DNA from: Candidatus Hodarchaeota archaeon
Lineage (GTDB): Archaea > Asgardarchaeota > Lokiarchaeia > Sigyniarchaeales > SOKP01
Assembly: GCA_048886685.1 (NCBI GenBank)
Contig: JBHLKM010000003.1
Span: 261,548 to 325,547, forward strand
Reading direction: 5' to 3'
DNA: 64,000 nt
Part shown: positions 40,842 through 51,296 of the stretch, in pieces
Position numbering within the stretch: the first letter of the stretch is position 1
Layout of the letters: every line of letters starts with the position of its first letter
Program-made: the position numbers and the translations under genes
The notes under the pieces: model-generated
The model's input: only the letters and a program-made list of their open reading frames with translations
Database searches by the model: none
Told to the model about the DNA's origin: nothing

Positions 40842-42153
40842 AACTTCAAAATCTTCAGAAATTCAAAGAAAATTTTTTAGAGAGCCTAATTTAGGCATTT
40901 TGTATTTAGCAGCAGTCCTAGATTCAAATAATATTCCTGTTGATATACTAGATCTCGAACAATACTTAGATTTAGATGAAATAGAGTTAAAAAAATTAAT
41001 AAAAGAAAAAATTCCCTTATATAAAATCTTTGGAATTACATCTCTCACCAATACTTTCCATATCGCTCTTGATATCGCTAGAATTATAAAGGAACAAGAT
41101 AAAAAGAATTTTGTGGTTCTTGGTGGGCCTCATGTTACCTTTATGTATAAAGAAATATTAGAAAATGATTTTAAAACTGAAAAATTAATAGATTTTATTT
41201 GTATTGGGGAGGCTGAAAATTCATTTCTCAAATTGGCAAAATTTTTAATCTTTCATCTATCAAATATTAAAAATTTAAAGGAAATTGAAAATAATTTATC
41301 TTCTATTCAAGGAATTGCTTTTAATAACTCAAAAGGAAATCTTATAGTGAATAAAGCAGTTATTTCAACTGACTTAAAGCGTTTACCTTTACCAGCACGT
41401 TATAAATTATCTCATGAATATTATTACTACACAGTTGCTAACGTGATTGTTAATAGGGGATGTCCTAATCAATGTTCTTTTTGTTCAAGGCAGAAACTTT
41501 TCAAAAAAACTGAAATTAGGAGCATCGAGTCAATTCAATCTGAGATCAGAGATATTATGTCCATGCAAACTTATAATTACATTAATTTCTATGATAATAT
41601 TAATATCAATAGGGAATTTTTCAGAGAATTTTGTAGAATGTTTATAAGAAACAAATTAGATATTCCATGGGGATGTGAGCTTCGAGTAGATGTGATTTCC
41701 GATGACGATGCTCGTTTATTAAAAAAGGCAGGATGTAGATTAATAGCTACAGGAATAGAATCTGCAAGTATAGATGTTTTACAAAAAAATTTGAAATATC
41801 AAGATCCTTCCTCAGTAAAGAATGGAATATTAAACTTAAAAAATTATGATATTCCTATTCAAGCCTATTTTGTATTAGGTTTACCAGGAGAAACAGAATA
41901 TACATTTAATAAAACAATTGATTATATTAAGAAATTACAATTAGGAAAAGAGGATACAGTTAATTACTTTGTAGCTACACCTTATCCAGGTTCTCAATTA
42001 TGGGATCAAAAGGATTATTTCGCTATTAAAATAATCGAAAATAATTTCACAAAATATGATTGTAATCATATAATATACGAAACACCAGATTTAAATTATA
42101 AAAAATTAGAGAAATTATATACTATTGCTAAAAAAATTGAATCTGAGTATTGA
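40819..42153 (+). CDS. Cobalamin-binding radical SAM protein
   Basis: PNLGILYLAA, GGPHVT, GEAE, RGCPNQCSFC, GIES, GLPGET, TPYPGS. Confidence 0.92.
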   Translation: MILLINPKTSKSSEIQRKFFREPNLGILYLAAVLDSNNIPVDILDLEQYLDLDEIELKKLIKEKIPLYKIFGITSLTNTFHIALDIARIIKEQDKKNFVVLGGPHVTFMYKEILENDFKTEKLIDFICIGEAENSFLKLAKFLIFHLSNIKNLKEIENNLSSIQGIAFNNSKGNLIVNKAVISTDLKRLPLPARYKLSHEYYYYTVANVIVNRGCPNQCSFCSRQKLFKKTEIRSIESIQSEIRDIMSMQTYNYINFYDNININREFFREFCRMFIRNKLDIPWGCELRVDVISDDDARLLKKAGCRLIATGIESASIDVLQKNLKYQDPSSVKNGILNLKNYDIPIQAYFVLGLPGETEYTFNKTIDYIKKLQLGKEDTVNYFVATPYPGSQLWDQKDYFAIKIIENNFTKYDCNHIIYETPDLNYKKLEKLYTIAKKIESEY

Positions 42154-42494
42154 GAAGGTGTACAGTAATCCCTAGTGCTTTTACTGAAAATATCATATAT
42201 GTTATTAAAAATATCCCTAAAGGGAAAGTTTTAACTTATGGATCCATAGCTAAATTAGCAGGAAATCCTAGAGCTGCGAGACAAGTCTCTTGGATTCTGC
42301 ATTCTTCTAGTAAGAAATATAACTTACCATGGCACCGTGTCATAAGTTCAAATGGTAAATTATTAATGACTTCAATTGAAGATAAACAATACCATAAAAA
42401 ACTTTTAGAATTAGAAGGTATTGAATTTTCAGATGAATTTAAAATTGATTTGAAGAAATATCTTTGGGATATCAAATCAATCGAAAATATATAA
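42150..42494 (+). CDS. Alkyltransferase-like protein (ATL, YbaZ/Atl1 type)
   Basis: IPKGKVLTYG.IA, ARQV, PWHRV (Trp in place of the MGMT Cys). Confidence 0.88.
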   Translation: MRRCTVIPSAFTENIIYVIKNIPKGKVLTYGSIAKLAGNPRAARQVSWILHSSSKKYNLPWHRVISSNGKLLMTSIEDKQYHKKLLELEGIEFSDEFKIDLKKYLWDIKSIENI

Positions 42495-42504
42495 ATTGGA
42501 TATT

Positions 42505-42804
42505 TTAAAGCCTGGATTTATGTGGTAAACATGTTGGAAATGTTCTAAAAAATAATGAAAATGCAATATCTTCCTTTCCTTCTCTAATTAGTCTCTTTAC
42601 TTCTTCCATATTATCTTTCTGATTATTAATTAATTCAGTATCCATACCTAATTCAGCAAATTGAAGGAATCTTTTCTCTAAGAGTTCATAAATCTTATTT
42701 CCATTATCTTTCTTAAAATTCCTAAAATCTTTTCTGCACACTTTCAATATATTTTCATATCCTGATTTTTTAGGGAACTTTCCCTCAGTTATTGTATATA
42801 CGAT
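42505..42804 (-). CDS. Small hypothetical protein (start ATC 42804 or TTG 42747)
   Basis: Frame is open up to a TGA inside a GGTGA motif; in-frame ATC lies 6 nt after GGTGA. Confidence 0.5.
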   Translation of the reverse strand: MVYTITEGKFPKKSGYENILKVCRKDFRNFKKDNGNKIYELLEKRFLQFAELGMDTELINNQKDNMEEVKRLIREGKEDIAFSLFFRTFPTCLPHKSRL

Positions 42805-43014
42805 CCTCTTTCACCGTTTCAGTTAATAAACTCAAATTTGATTCTTTGATATAATTGTCAATTTTGATTTAAATAATTTGCTAGGTATAAAAGTATTGTT
42901 AGTATCAAAAATAATAATGAGTTCCTAAATAATCAAGCATAATTGCATTTAAGACAAACCAATGGAAATATATTTTATACTCCTTTCTATTATTTCAAAA
43001 CAAAAAAAAAGAAA

Positions 43015-44142
43015 ATGCCAAAATTTCAACCTTTTCTTATGGAACGTTGGATGTCCAAATATGAGCAAGAAGTTGATTTCAACTTATCTGAAAGTGGTGT
43101 TCATCCAATTTTACTCAGTGAATTATTATCAGATGATCCTAATTACATCAACAAGTTACTTGCTACTGAACTTAATTACCCTCATGTAAATGGTATTCCT
43201 GAATTAAGGCAAAACATTGCAGCATTATATGAGGGGGCCACAGCAGAAAATATTTTAGTCACTACTGGTGCTGTTGAGGCTAATTATAATATCCTTCATA
43301 CAGTACTCAATAAAGGTGATGAAATTGTAATGATGTTACCTAATTACATGCAAATTTGGGGTATCGCTAAGAACTCTGGTTTTAAATTAAAATCTTTCTA
43401 TCTACGCGAAGAAAATGGTTGGGCACCTGATTTGGATGAGTTAAAAAAAAGTGTAACAAAAAATACAAAACTTATTGCCATTTGTAATCCTAATAATCCT
43501 ACTGGTTACATTCTATCAGAGAATGAAATGGATGCAATTGTAGAAGTTGCAGAACTAGTTGACTCGTGGATTTTAGCTGATGAAGTGTACACGGGTGCAG
43601 AACGTATAAGAGATGATGAAACACCCTCCTTTTTTGGGCGTTATAACAAAGTTTTAGCTGTAGGTAGTATGAGCAAAGCTTATGGATTACCTGGGTTACG
43701 TATAGGTTGGGTAATTGCTCCTATTGACACTATAAATAAAATTTGGGCACGACATGAATACACTACTATCAGTGCCACGATGTTATCAAACAAACTGGCT
43801 GCCTTAGCTCTGTCTCCTGAAGTGCGGCCACGTCTTATAAAACGAACTCGCAAATTCATCGAAAATGGGTATCAAATCTTACAAAATTGGATGGATAGTC
43901 ATGAAAATACATTCACAGTTGTTCCTCCCCAAGCAGCCGCAATTGCGTTCGTTCGATATCATTTAAATATCAACTCTACTGAATTTGCAGAGCGTTTACG
44001 TAAGGAAAAAAATGTTTTTATAGTACCAGGAGACCATTTTGGTATGGATAAATTTTTTAGAATTAGTTTTGGATTACCCCCAGATTACCTTACTTCAGGT
44101 CTTAATCGTATACATGATTTAATTATGGAAATTAGGCGATAA
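43015..44142 (+). CDS. PLP-dependent aminotransferase class I/II
   Basis: CNPNNPTG, DEVY, SMSKAYGLPGLRIGW; start reassigned to MPKFQPF. Confidence 0.92.
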   Translation: MPKFQPFLMERWMSKYEQEVDFNLSESGVHPILLSELLSDDPNYINKLLATELNYPHVNGIPELRQNIAALYEGATAENILVTTGAVEANYNILHTVLNKGDEIVMMLPNYMQIWGIAKNSGFKLKSFYLREENGWAPDLDELKKSVTKNTKLIAICNPNNPTGYILSENEMDAIVEVAELVDSWILADEVYTGAERIRDDETPSFFGRYNKVLAVGSMSKAYGLPGLRIGWVIAPIDTINKIWARHEYTTISATMLSNKLAALALSPEVRPRLIKRTRKFIENGYQILQNWMDSHENTFTVVPPQAAAIAFVRYHLNINSTEFAERLRKEKNVFIVPGDHFGMDKFFRISFGLPPDYLTSGLNRIHDLIMEIRR

Positions 44143-44308
44143 ATTTTAAGCTCTTTTTTATTATATAAGAGATAAATCAATCAATAATTTTATAACTCTT
44201 TTATAACTCTAGATAATTGTAGTGTTATCTCAAAAATACACTATTATAAATAATTAATCTCCGAAAAATTATAAAAAGAAATTTAAAAAATTATAAAAGG
44301 AAAATTGT

Positions 44309-45595
44309 ATGCCAAAACCGGACTATTTTATCGGAGAAGCATTAATAGGAGAGGGCGATGATTTAGCTCATGTAGATTTGATAATTGGTTCAAAAGATGG
44401 TCCTGTAGGGATTTCATTCGCAAATGCATTAAGTACACCTTCAAAAGGTCACGGTGGTCTTCTCGGAGCAATTCGTCCCAATTTATTGTCTAAACCTGTA
44501 TCACTTGTCGTACCTAAAGTAACGGTTTCCGATTTGGAAGATGCTAATAAGATTTTTGGCCCTGCCCAAGCGGCAGTAGCCAAAGGGATTGCAGATTCCG
44601 TTGAAGAAGGCTTAATTCCCTTGAATAAAGTAGATGATTGGGTAATAATTGCAAGTGTATTTATCCATCCAGCAGCTAAAGATTATCGAAAAATTTATCA
44701 ATACAATTATGGGGCAACAAAATTAGCAATTCAGAGAGCTCTAAGAGGATATCCTCCAATCGAAAAGATTTTTTATGATAAAGATCGTGCAAAACACCCT
44801 ATTGCTGGAATTAGAGTTCCCAGATTATGGAGACCTCCTTATATTCAAGTTGCATTGGATCATCCTGCTTTGGAGAAACAAATAAAGGTCGTTAAAGAAT
44901 TACCAAAGAGTGATCGAATTATATTAGAAGTTGGTACACCATTTCTTAAGAAATATGGCGTAGAATCGATTAAACAAATTCGGGAAGTCGCTAGAGAAAA
45001 GTTTATTGTAGCTGATTTAAAGACCTTAGATGTTGGAAAATTAGAAGTTGACTTTGCTTTTGATGCAACCGCCGATGGAGTTGTAGCAAGTGGTTTAGCT
45101 GCTACAGCCTCACTTGATAAATTTATTTTAGAAGCACAAAGACTCGGAATTCATGCTTTTGTTGATACTATGGAAGTTCAAAATCCTATTGAGAAGTTAA
45201 GCTCATTAAAACAAATCCCTGATGTGGTTATTATACATAGAGGAATTGATGTAGAACAATCTGCAGAAGGAGATAAATCCCCAGATGCCCAACAAAAACA
45301 GAGATGGGCATTAGCTCCAAAAATTAAAGATTTGTATGCAAGTAAAAAGAAAGCTTCTGGAAAAGATAGAGTACTTGTTGCTGTTGCTGGTGGAATTGAA
45401 CCAAGTTCTGCGACTTATGCCTTAGATGCAGGAGCGGATATTCTGATTGTAGGAAGATTTATAGCCTCTGCAAAAGATGTAAAGTTTGCAATGAGGAGGA
45501 TGCTTGGCGTTCTTCCGGGTTATCAAGATATCGACTTGAAGAGAATACACACAGAAGATGATGATAACTCAATAAAAAAAGCTACATGGGATTAG
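44309..45595 (+). CDS. fae-hps: Bifunctional formaldehyde-activating enzyme / 3-hexulose-6-phosphate synthase
   Basis: Fae part GEALIG...AHVDL...FGPAQAAVAK...YNYGATK; Hps part QVALD, EVGTP, DLKTLD, HRGID, VAGG, VGR. Confidence 0.93.
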   Translation: MPKPDYFIGEALIGEGDDLAHVDLIIGSKDGPVGISFANALSTPSKGHGGLLGAIRPNLLSKPVSLVVPKVTVSDLEDANKIFGPAQAAVAKGIADSVEEGLIPLNKVDDWVIIASVFIHPAAKDYRKIYQYNYGATKLAIQRALRGYPPIEKIFYDKDRAKHPIAGIRVPRLWRPPYIQVALDHPALEKQIKVVKELPKSDRIILEVGTPFLKKYGVESIKQIREVAREKFIVADLKTLDVGKLEVDFAFDATADGVVASGLAATASLDKFILEAQRLGIHAFVDTMEVQNPIEKLSSLKQIPDVVIIHRGIDVEQSAEGDKSPDAQQKQRWALAPKIKDLYASKKKASGKDRVLVAVAGGIEPSSATYALDAGADILIVGRFIASAKDVKFAMRRMLGVLPGYQDIDLKRIHTEDDDNSIKKATWD

Positions 45596-45733
45596 GCATT
45601 TAAAAAGGCTATAAGAAATTAATTTTTTTTAGACCTCACATTTTCCTTACTTAATTAATCACTAACAAATATAGAAATTTAAATTTTCTTTAGTATTTTC
45701 AAATTAGTAAATTGATGTGATAGAGAGCGACTT

Positions 45734-46300
45734 ATGAGTAATAGTCAAAATAAAATTTGTGAAGAATTATTACCAAGACCTGGTTCAGCGCTTTATAATA
45801 TGAATCATCCAGATGAAAAAATTAGGGAAAAAACACTAAAGAAGTATAAAAGGCTAAACAAATACCTTGTTATTCCTTTATATAGATCAAGGATTCTACC
45901 ACTTCTAGGATTTGGAAGAATTTTCCTTATTTTAATAACAATAGGTCGAAAAACAGGAAAAGAAAGGAGGACACCATTAGAATATCATTGGATAGATGGT
46001 ATTATAACTATTTTTTCGGGAAGAGGAGAAGATTCAGGATGGTTGAAAAACATACGAGCAAATCCAGATTCAGTTTATGTTAGACATGGATTTCATAAAT
46101 TCCCTGCAAGAATAAAATTTATGTCGAATGAAAATGATATTTTAAAAATTATAAGATGGTATGTTGTAAAACATAGTAAATCAGCAAAAATGCTTTTTGG
46201 TTGGAATAAAAAGATCGATGATCCTAAAACTACCGATTTCTCTAAATTAATGGATATTGTTTTAATTATCCAACTTTTTGATAAAGAAAAAGAAACCTAA
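45734..46300 (+). CDS. Deazaflavin (F420)-dependent oxidoreductase, Ddn-like
   Basis: TIGRKTGKERRTPL, WLKNIRANP. Confidence 0.8.
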   Translation: MSNSQNKICEELLPRPGSALYNMNHPDEKIREKTLKKYKRLNKYLVIPLYRSRILPLLGFGRIFLILITIGRKTGKERRTPLEYHWIDGIITIFSGRGEDSGWLKNIRANPDSVYVRHGFHKFPARIKFMSNENDILKIIRWYVVKHSKSAKMLFGWNKKIDDPKTTDFSKLMDIVLIIQLFDKEKET

Positions 46301-46475
46301 ATTTTAGAATTAACAGCATCAAAAATACTGTTCATTTTACTATTTTATATTAAAATACAATGAATGAATTAATTTTTTGACATTATTTTTAAAAAAAGTT
46401 TATATCCATTAACAAATTAAATACAACCATTAAAGTCTTACTTTAATATATACTAAAAAAAGGAGATTGTTAAAA

Positions 46476-46709
46476 ATGCCAGATAAATATAATGTTGATA
46501 TGACACTTGGGGATCTTTTAGCTGATCCAGTTTCTGAAAAATTCTTAAAGAGTCTTCCAGGAATGGCACAGCTTATTGAAAGCCCTCAAGCTCAAATGGC
46601 TATGGGCTTCTCACTACGCCAAATTCAAGAATATTCTGAATCGATGGCTCCCGGACAGTTTACTAAGGAGCAGCTTGAACAAATTGACGAAGGCTTAAAG
46701 GCATTATAA
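46476..46709 (+). CDS. Small helical hypothetical protein
   Basis: MPDKYNVDMTLGDLLADP...; GGAG upstream, T-tract downstream. Confidence 0.65.
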   Translation: MPDKYNVDMTLGDLLADPVSEKFLKSLPGMAQLIESPQAQMAMGFSLRQIQEYSESMAPGQFTKEQLEQIDEGLKAL

Positions 46710-46971
46710 AAATATATCAATTACTAAAACAAATTTATAATTTTTTTTTTATTATATCTCTATTAGTATTAAAAAGAGAGAAATAAAATTAGGATTTTGA
46801 CATTTCCCAGTACATATAGGGTATCAGCTTATAATCTCTTATCTTTCAATTAAATAAAAAATAAGAATATAGAATTACTTAAATTTTTAGGGTTTACTTT
46901 TTTACATGTTCACTATTCTCTTGTCAATTTTCTCTGATTTCTTGTTTTCTATCAGTCTCCTCTTCCCAAAT

Positions 46972-49227
46972 TTATTTAATTGGTCGTGAGTTAGCTTGGA
47001 ATATAGGACCTATAAACTGACTGTAGAGTACGGAATACGCTGCTTGATTAGAAACAACGGCAATCATTTCTGATTCTTTGTCTGAATGAGGGCAGAGTAT
47101 TACCTCTTCTGCATCACGGGTTACGGCATAAAAATCAGAAGGAGTTTGTAATTGTCGAAATTGTATGTTTCCAAGCTGCTTCATCTTATTTATGATTCCA
47201 GAGTATGCTGATAGATCAAAATGACTAGTGAGCATGAATCGGACAGCTTTTTTCTGAAAAGCATATTCGGAAACTACTTGAAGTATCTCCGGGACTACTA
47301 CTGGCATTACAATAATAATAGAGGATTTAACCCGATAAATCGCATCTTTCATTACGGCGATCATAGCATCTCTTCCTATTACTTGCCATGTGGTAACCTT
47401 TGATATTTCTGGAATTGAACTCGAAGCATAATGAATATCCTTAAGTTTATCTTCATTATTTTCACCAAGTTCAGTAGCATCATCAATGGAATTCATGAAT
47501 TGCAGTGTAAAATCAGCGACTACATCTTTAAGATTTTGGATAGTATCTCGAGTCGTATTTGATAAGCTATTTTGAAGAGTTTTAGCGTTTTGCTCATATT
47601 TGGTTTTATGATCCGCTAGCATATTAGTTAAATTGTTATCCATATCCTTTGCTTCAGCATCCCATAATCTGATTTCACTATCAATTTTTTCTGAGCTGGC
47701 ACGTTTTCCTTCAGTAAATTTAGTGTCTACTTCTCTCACCCAGTTTTCTTTTATACTTTTAACCTCAGAGTCAAAGTTTGTATAATGTCGTAAACTATTA
47801 TCTCTATGGATATTAATTGCATCCTCATATTGTCTATGATGCTGTTTTAATGAACTTTCTAAAGAATCCTTTAACTTTATATTGGTATCAGAACAATCTT
47901 TTATACCAGTTTGTAATGTGTCGTCCACTTCACCAGCTAAATCGGTAGCTAAGTTTTCCAATTGAGCATCTATAGTTTCCTGAGCTTTAAAATCAAGATC
48001 ATTGGTTTCTCCAGCTAAAGCATCATTTTCATTTACCATAATATCAGTTACATCCGATTTAATTTGGTCTGTAGTTATTCGTGTATTAACAATGTAATCA
48101 TCGCTTGTTTTAGAAAAATCTTCTTTCATGGGTTTTGTGTATTTAAGGATATTTTGAATGGTAGTTTCATGTCGCGCTTTGTATTTTTTCTTCTTTCCCA
48201 TCCAGAAAAATCCTTTTTTGGCCATATCTTCAGAAAAATCGGTGAATCTGTTTGCGTGTTCGAGTAAATTATCAATCAAAGTCAGAGTCATACTTTTGAA
48301 GTTAATTGTTTGATCAGTTAATGTTCGATGTCTATCATCAACAGTTGCTTTTAAGCTGGTTTGCAGTGTATCTGTTGTATTTTTTAAGTGATTAGTATGT
48401 TCTTTTAATATATTTGAAATTCTTTCTTTTATATCAGAAACCACTTTATCCATGCGTTCAAGGTACTTTTCTAATATTTGTTCCATTCTTGGTTTAAGCT
48501 GATTAGCAGTAGTTTCATGTCTTTCTACGTGTTCATTTAATTCCATCTTTAATTCTTTATCTAATTCATCAACTCTCGTTGAAAAATCTTTTAACAAATT
48601 TTCAATAAGAGTAGTTAAATTTTCTTTAGTATTATTTATTTCAGTTTCATACTTATCAATGTGAGTGCTTGAGATATTTTGTAAATTTGTGTTTAGAGTA
48701 TCTAATATCGAATGAAGATTACTTTCAAGAGTTTTACTTGTTTCAGTAAAACGATTTGTGGCATTATCTATTCTATTTCTTTTGGTAGAGTTTTTAGAAT
48801 CAGAATCTTCAAAAAAGTTCTTAATCTGAGAGTCAACTGCGTGTTCTACTTCTCTTATACTTTTGTTCTGAATATCTTCCAGTTTCTCAAAGCGATTAGA
48901 TTGATCGGCTAAAATTGTATCTTTAATTTTAGCAATTTCACTTCTAAAGAGTTCTGATTCATTAGTGAATAACTCGAAAAAAGGTTCTAATGGAATAAAC
49001 CTTGGTACTATTCCCTCAATCCTTTTTAAAAAATTCTTCTCCACTAACCAATCAGTAATTTCTATAACCGTTTCATATTGCAGTCCCTCATCTTCTGCTG
49101 CTAATGTCATAAATACCTCTGATGTTGTAGCACGTGGAACTCTTAAGTATGCTAAATAGATATTTATATGCTCTTCGCTAAATCCATATCGAGTAAATAC
49201 TTCTTTACTGAATTCTTTTAATGACAT
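46972..49227 (-). CDS. TrmB-like protein: N-terminal wHTH, ~520-aa helical insert, C-terminal TrmB effector-like domain
   Basis: YGFSEEHINIYLAYL...LVEKNFL...PRFIPLEP (TrmB HTH); WQVIGRDAM...IYRVKSSIII...RDAEEVIL (TrmB C-domain). Confidence 0.7.
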   Translation of the reverse strand: MSLKEFSKEVFTRYGFSEEHINIYLAYLRVPRATTSEVFMTLAAEDEGLQYETVIEITDWLVEKNFLKRIEGIVPRFIPLEPFFELFTNESELFRSEIAKIKDTILADQSNRFEKLEDIQNKSIREVEHAVDSQIKNFFEDSDSKNSTKRNRIDNATNRFTETSKTLESNLHSILDTLNTNLQNISSTHIDKYETEINNTKENLTTLIENLLKDFSTRVDELDKELKMELNEHVERHETTANQLKPRMEQILEKYLERMDKVVSDIKERISNILKEHTNHLKNTTDTLQTSLKATVDDRHRTLTDQTINFKSMTLTLIDNLLEHANRFTDFSEDMAKKGFFWMGKKKKYKARHETTIQNILKYTKPMKEDFSKTSDDYIVNTRITTDQIKSDVTDIMVNENDALAGETNDLDFKAQETIDAQLENLATDLAGEVDDTLQTGIKDCSDTNIKLKDSLESSLKQHHRQYEDAINIHRDNSLRHYTNFDSEVKSIKENWVREVDTKFTEGKRASSEKIDSEIRLWDAEAKDMDNNLTNMLADHKTKYEQNAKTLQNSLSNTTRDTIQNLKDVVADFTLQFMNSIDDATELGENNEDKLKDIHYASSSIPEISKVTTWQVIGRDAMIAVMKDAIYRVKSSIIIVMPVVVPEILQVVSEYAFQKKAVRFMLTSHFDLSAYSGIINKMKQLGNIQFRQLQTPSDFYAVTRDAEEVILCPHSDKESEMIAVVSNQAAYSVLYSQFIGPIFQANSRPIK

Positions 49228-49442
49228 AAATTTATCTCCATAATTGGTATAAAATTCAAATTAAAATAATTTTAAGATGAATTCCATATAAATATTTTAA
49301 TTTGATTATCTTTAATAATATTTTCAAAATTATAATATAAAAACTTAGACTTCGATATCTTAAATTTAATCTTCTAAAAATTTCAGAAAACTAAGTAATT
49401 CTGCTATTATAAGCAAAAGGAATAAAATTGACTTAAAGCTTT

Positions 49443-49943
49443 TTAGGTATTCTTCAAAATTATACGCCTAGCATAATTAATCAAGCCGTCATTAGAGACA
49501 ATCTCTTCTATAAAGGTAGGAATTTTCTTCACATGTATTTTTAAATTTGTAGAGATATTCTTAATAACTCCTTCTGTAAATCTAATTTCTATTTCATCAC
49601 CAGTGCTTATAGCTTCAATGTCTTTACATTCAATTATCGGCAATCCTATATTTATTGCATTCCTAAAAAATATCCGTGCAAATGATAATGCTATAATACA
49701 TTTAATTCCCACAGATTTTAGAGCAATAGGCGCTTGTTCTCTGCTTGAACCACATCCAAAATTCGATCCCGCAACTAATAATGTATAACCAAATTTGTTT
49801 TTTTTTTCAATAAATTTAGCATCTAGATCTTCCATACAATGTTTAGCCAAATATTCAGCATCAGATGTAGTTAAATATCTTGCGGGAATGATCAAATCTG
49901 TATTAATATCTTTCATATCATATTTTATAACTTTACCAATCAC
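49443..49943 (-). CDS. leuD: 3-isopropylmalate dehydratase small subunit
   Basis: DINTDLIIPARYL, NFGCGSSREQAP, FARIFFRNAINIG; start reassigned to GTG 49943 after AGGAG. Confidence 0.88.
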   Translation of the reverse strand: MIGKVIKYDMKDINTDLIIPARYLTTSDAEYLAKHCMEDLDAKFIEKKNKFGYTLLVAGSNFGCGSSREQAPIALKSVGIKCIIALSFARIFFRNAINIGLPIIECKDIEAISTGDEIEIRFTEGVIKNISTNLKIHVKKIPTFIEEIVSNDGLINYARRIILKNT

Positions 49944-49953
49944 TTTTTTCTCC

Positions 49954-51228
49954 TTAAATAAATTCTGGTGAAGTAATATATCCCTTAATAGCCGAGGCAG
50001 CAGCAACAGCGGGACTTGATAAATACACTTCACTTTCTATATGTCCCATCCTGCCAGTAAAATTCCTATTTGTTGTAGAGATTGCTTTTTCTCCTGCAGC
50101 AAGAATCCCCATATGACCTCCCAAACAAGGACCACAAGTAGGTGTCGAGACTATCGCACCAGCATTAATGAAAATCTCTATTAATCCTTCTTTTAATGCT
50201 TGAAGATATATATTTTGAGTACCTGGGATGATAATACACCTTACATTACAATGAATTTTTTGGTTTTTTAAAATATTCGCAGCAATTTTCAAATCTTCCA
50301 TGCGACCATTAGTACAAGAACCTATTATCGATTGATCTATTTCTACTCTCATATTATTTACTTCTGAGATTGGTTTAGAATTTTCTGGAAGAGGAGGTAG
50401 AGCGACTTGCGGTTCTATTTTTTTACATTCAATTTCAATAGTATCAATATATTCAGCATTTTTATCACTTTCATAGATCTTATATATTGAATTTCCCGTC
50501 TTTTCCAAATAATCTAACGTAATCTTATCAGGTACTATGATTCCGTTTTTAGCACCGGCTTCAATTACCATATTACACATTGTAAATCTATTATCCATAG
50601 ATAAATTTCTAATAGAATCTCCTGCAAACTCCATTGCTTTATATGTTGCCCCATCAACTCCTATTTTTCCAATAGTATACAAAATTAAATCTTTACCAGA
50701 AACCCATTTATTTAGCTTTCCAGAAAAATCAAAAAGTATAGATTCAGGTATTTTAAGCCAACATTTTCCTAAGGTCATCGCGACACCTAAATCTGTAGAC
50801 CCTACGCCTGTTGAGAAAGCACCAAGAGCACCATATGTGCAAGTATGGGAATCAGCACCTATAAAAAGCTCCCCTGGTGCAACTAATCCTTGTTCTGGGA
50901 TAAGACAATGCTCAATTCCACCATGACCAACTTCAAAATAATTTAAAACATCATATTTATGAGCAAATTCTCTGAGTATTTCACACTGTATTGCTGAGGC
51001 AACATCTTTATTCGGTGTAAAATGATCAGGAGTTAAAATTATTTTATTTTTATCAAAAAGACCTTTATCTGATCCTTCAATAACCTTTTTAAAAACTTCT
51101 ATTGCTATAGGTGCAGTAATATCGTTAGCTAAACATCGATCAATTTCAGCTAAAATGAAATCTCCAGCAACCACTGATTTATCATGAGCATGCTCTCTTA
51201 AGATTTTCTCTGTTATTGTTAACCCCAT
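49954..51228 (-). CDS. leuC: 3-isopropylmalate dehydratase large subunit
   Basis: [29 protein letters not shown]. Confidence 0.88.
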   Translation of the reverse strand: MGLTITEKILREHAHDKSVVAGDFILAEIDRCLANDITAPIAIEVFKKVIEGSDKGLFDKNKIILTPDHFTPNKDVASAIQCEILREFAHKYDVLNYFEVGHGGIEHCLIPEQGLVAPGELFIGADSHTCTYGALGAFSTGVGSTDLGVAMTLGKCWLKIPESILFDFSGKLNKWVSGKDLILYTIGKIGVDGATYKAMEFAGDSIRNLSMDNRFTMCNMVIEAGAKNGIIVPDKITLDYLEKTGNSIYKIYESDKNAEYIDTIEIECKKIEPQVALPPLPENSKPISEVNNMRVEIDQSIIGSCTNGRMEDLKIAANILKNQKIHCNVRCIIIPGTQNIYLQALKEGLIEIFINAGAIVSTPTCGPCLGGHMGILAAGEKAISTTNRNFTGRMGHIESEVYLSSPAVAAASAIKGYITSPEFI

Positions 51229-51296
51229 ATTTGCTTTACCTTATCTTGGCTTCAAAATCATAGATAGATTAACTTATGTGAATATTAAAGGTTTTT

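Noticed and set aside
49944-50033. N-terminal extension of leuD in the ORF track
   Set aside because: Overlaps leuC; GTG at 49943 has an AGGAG SD and matches the LeuD N-terminus.
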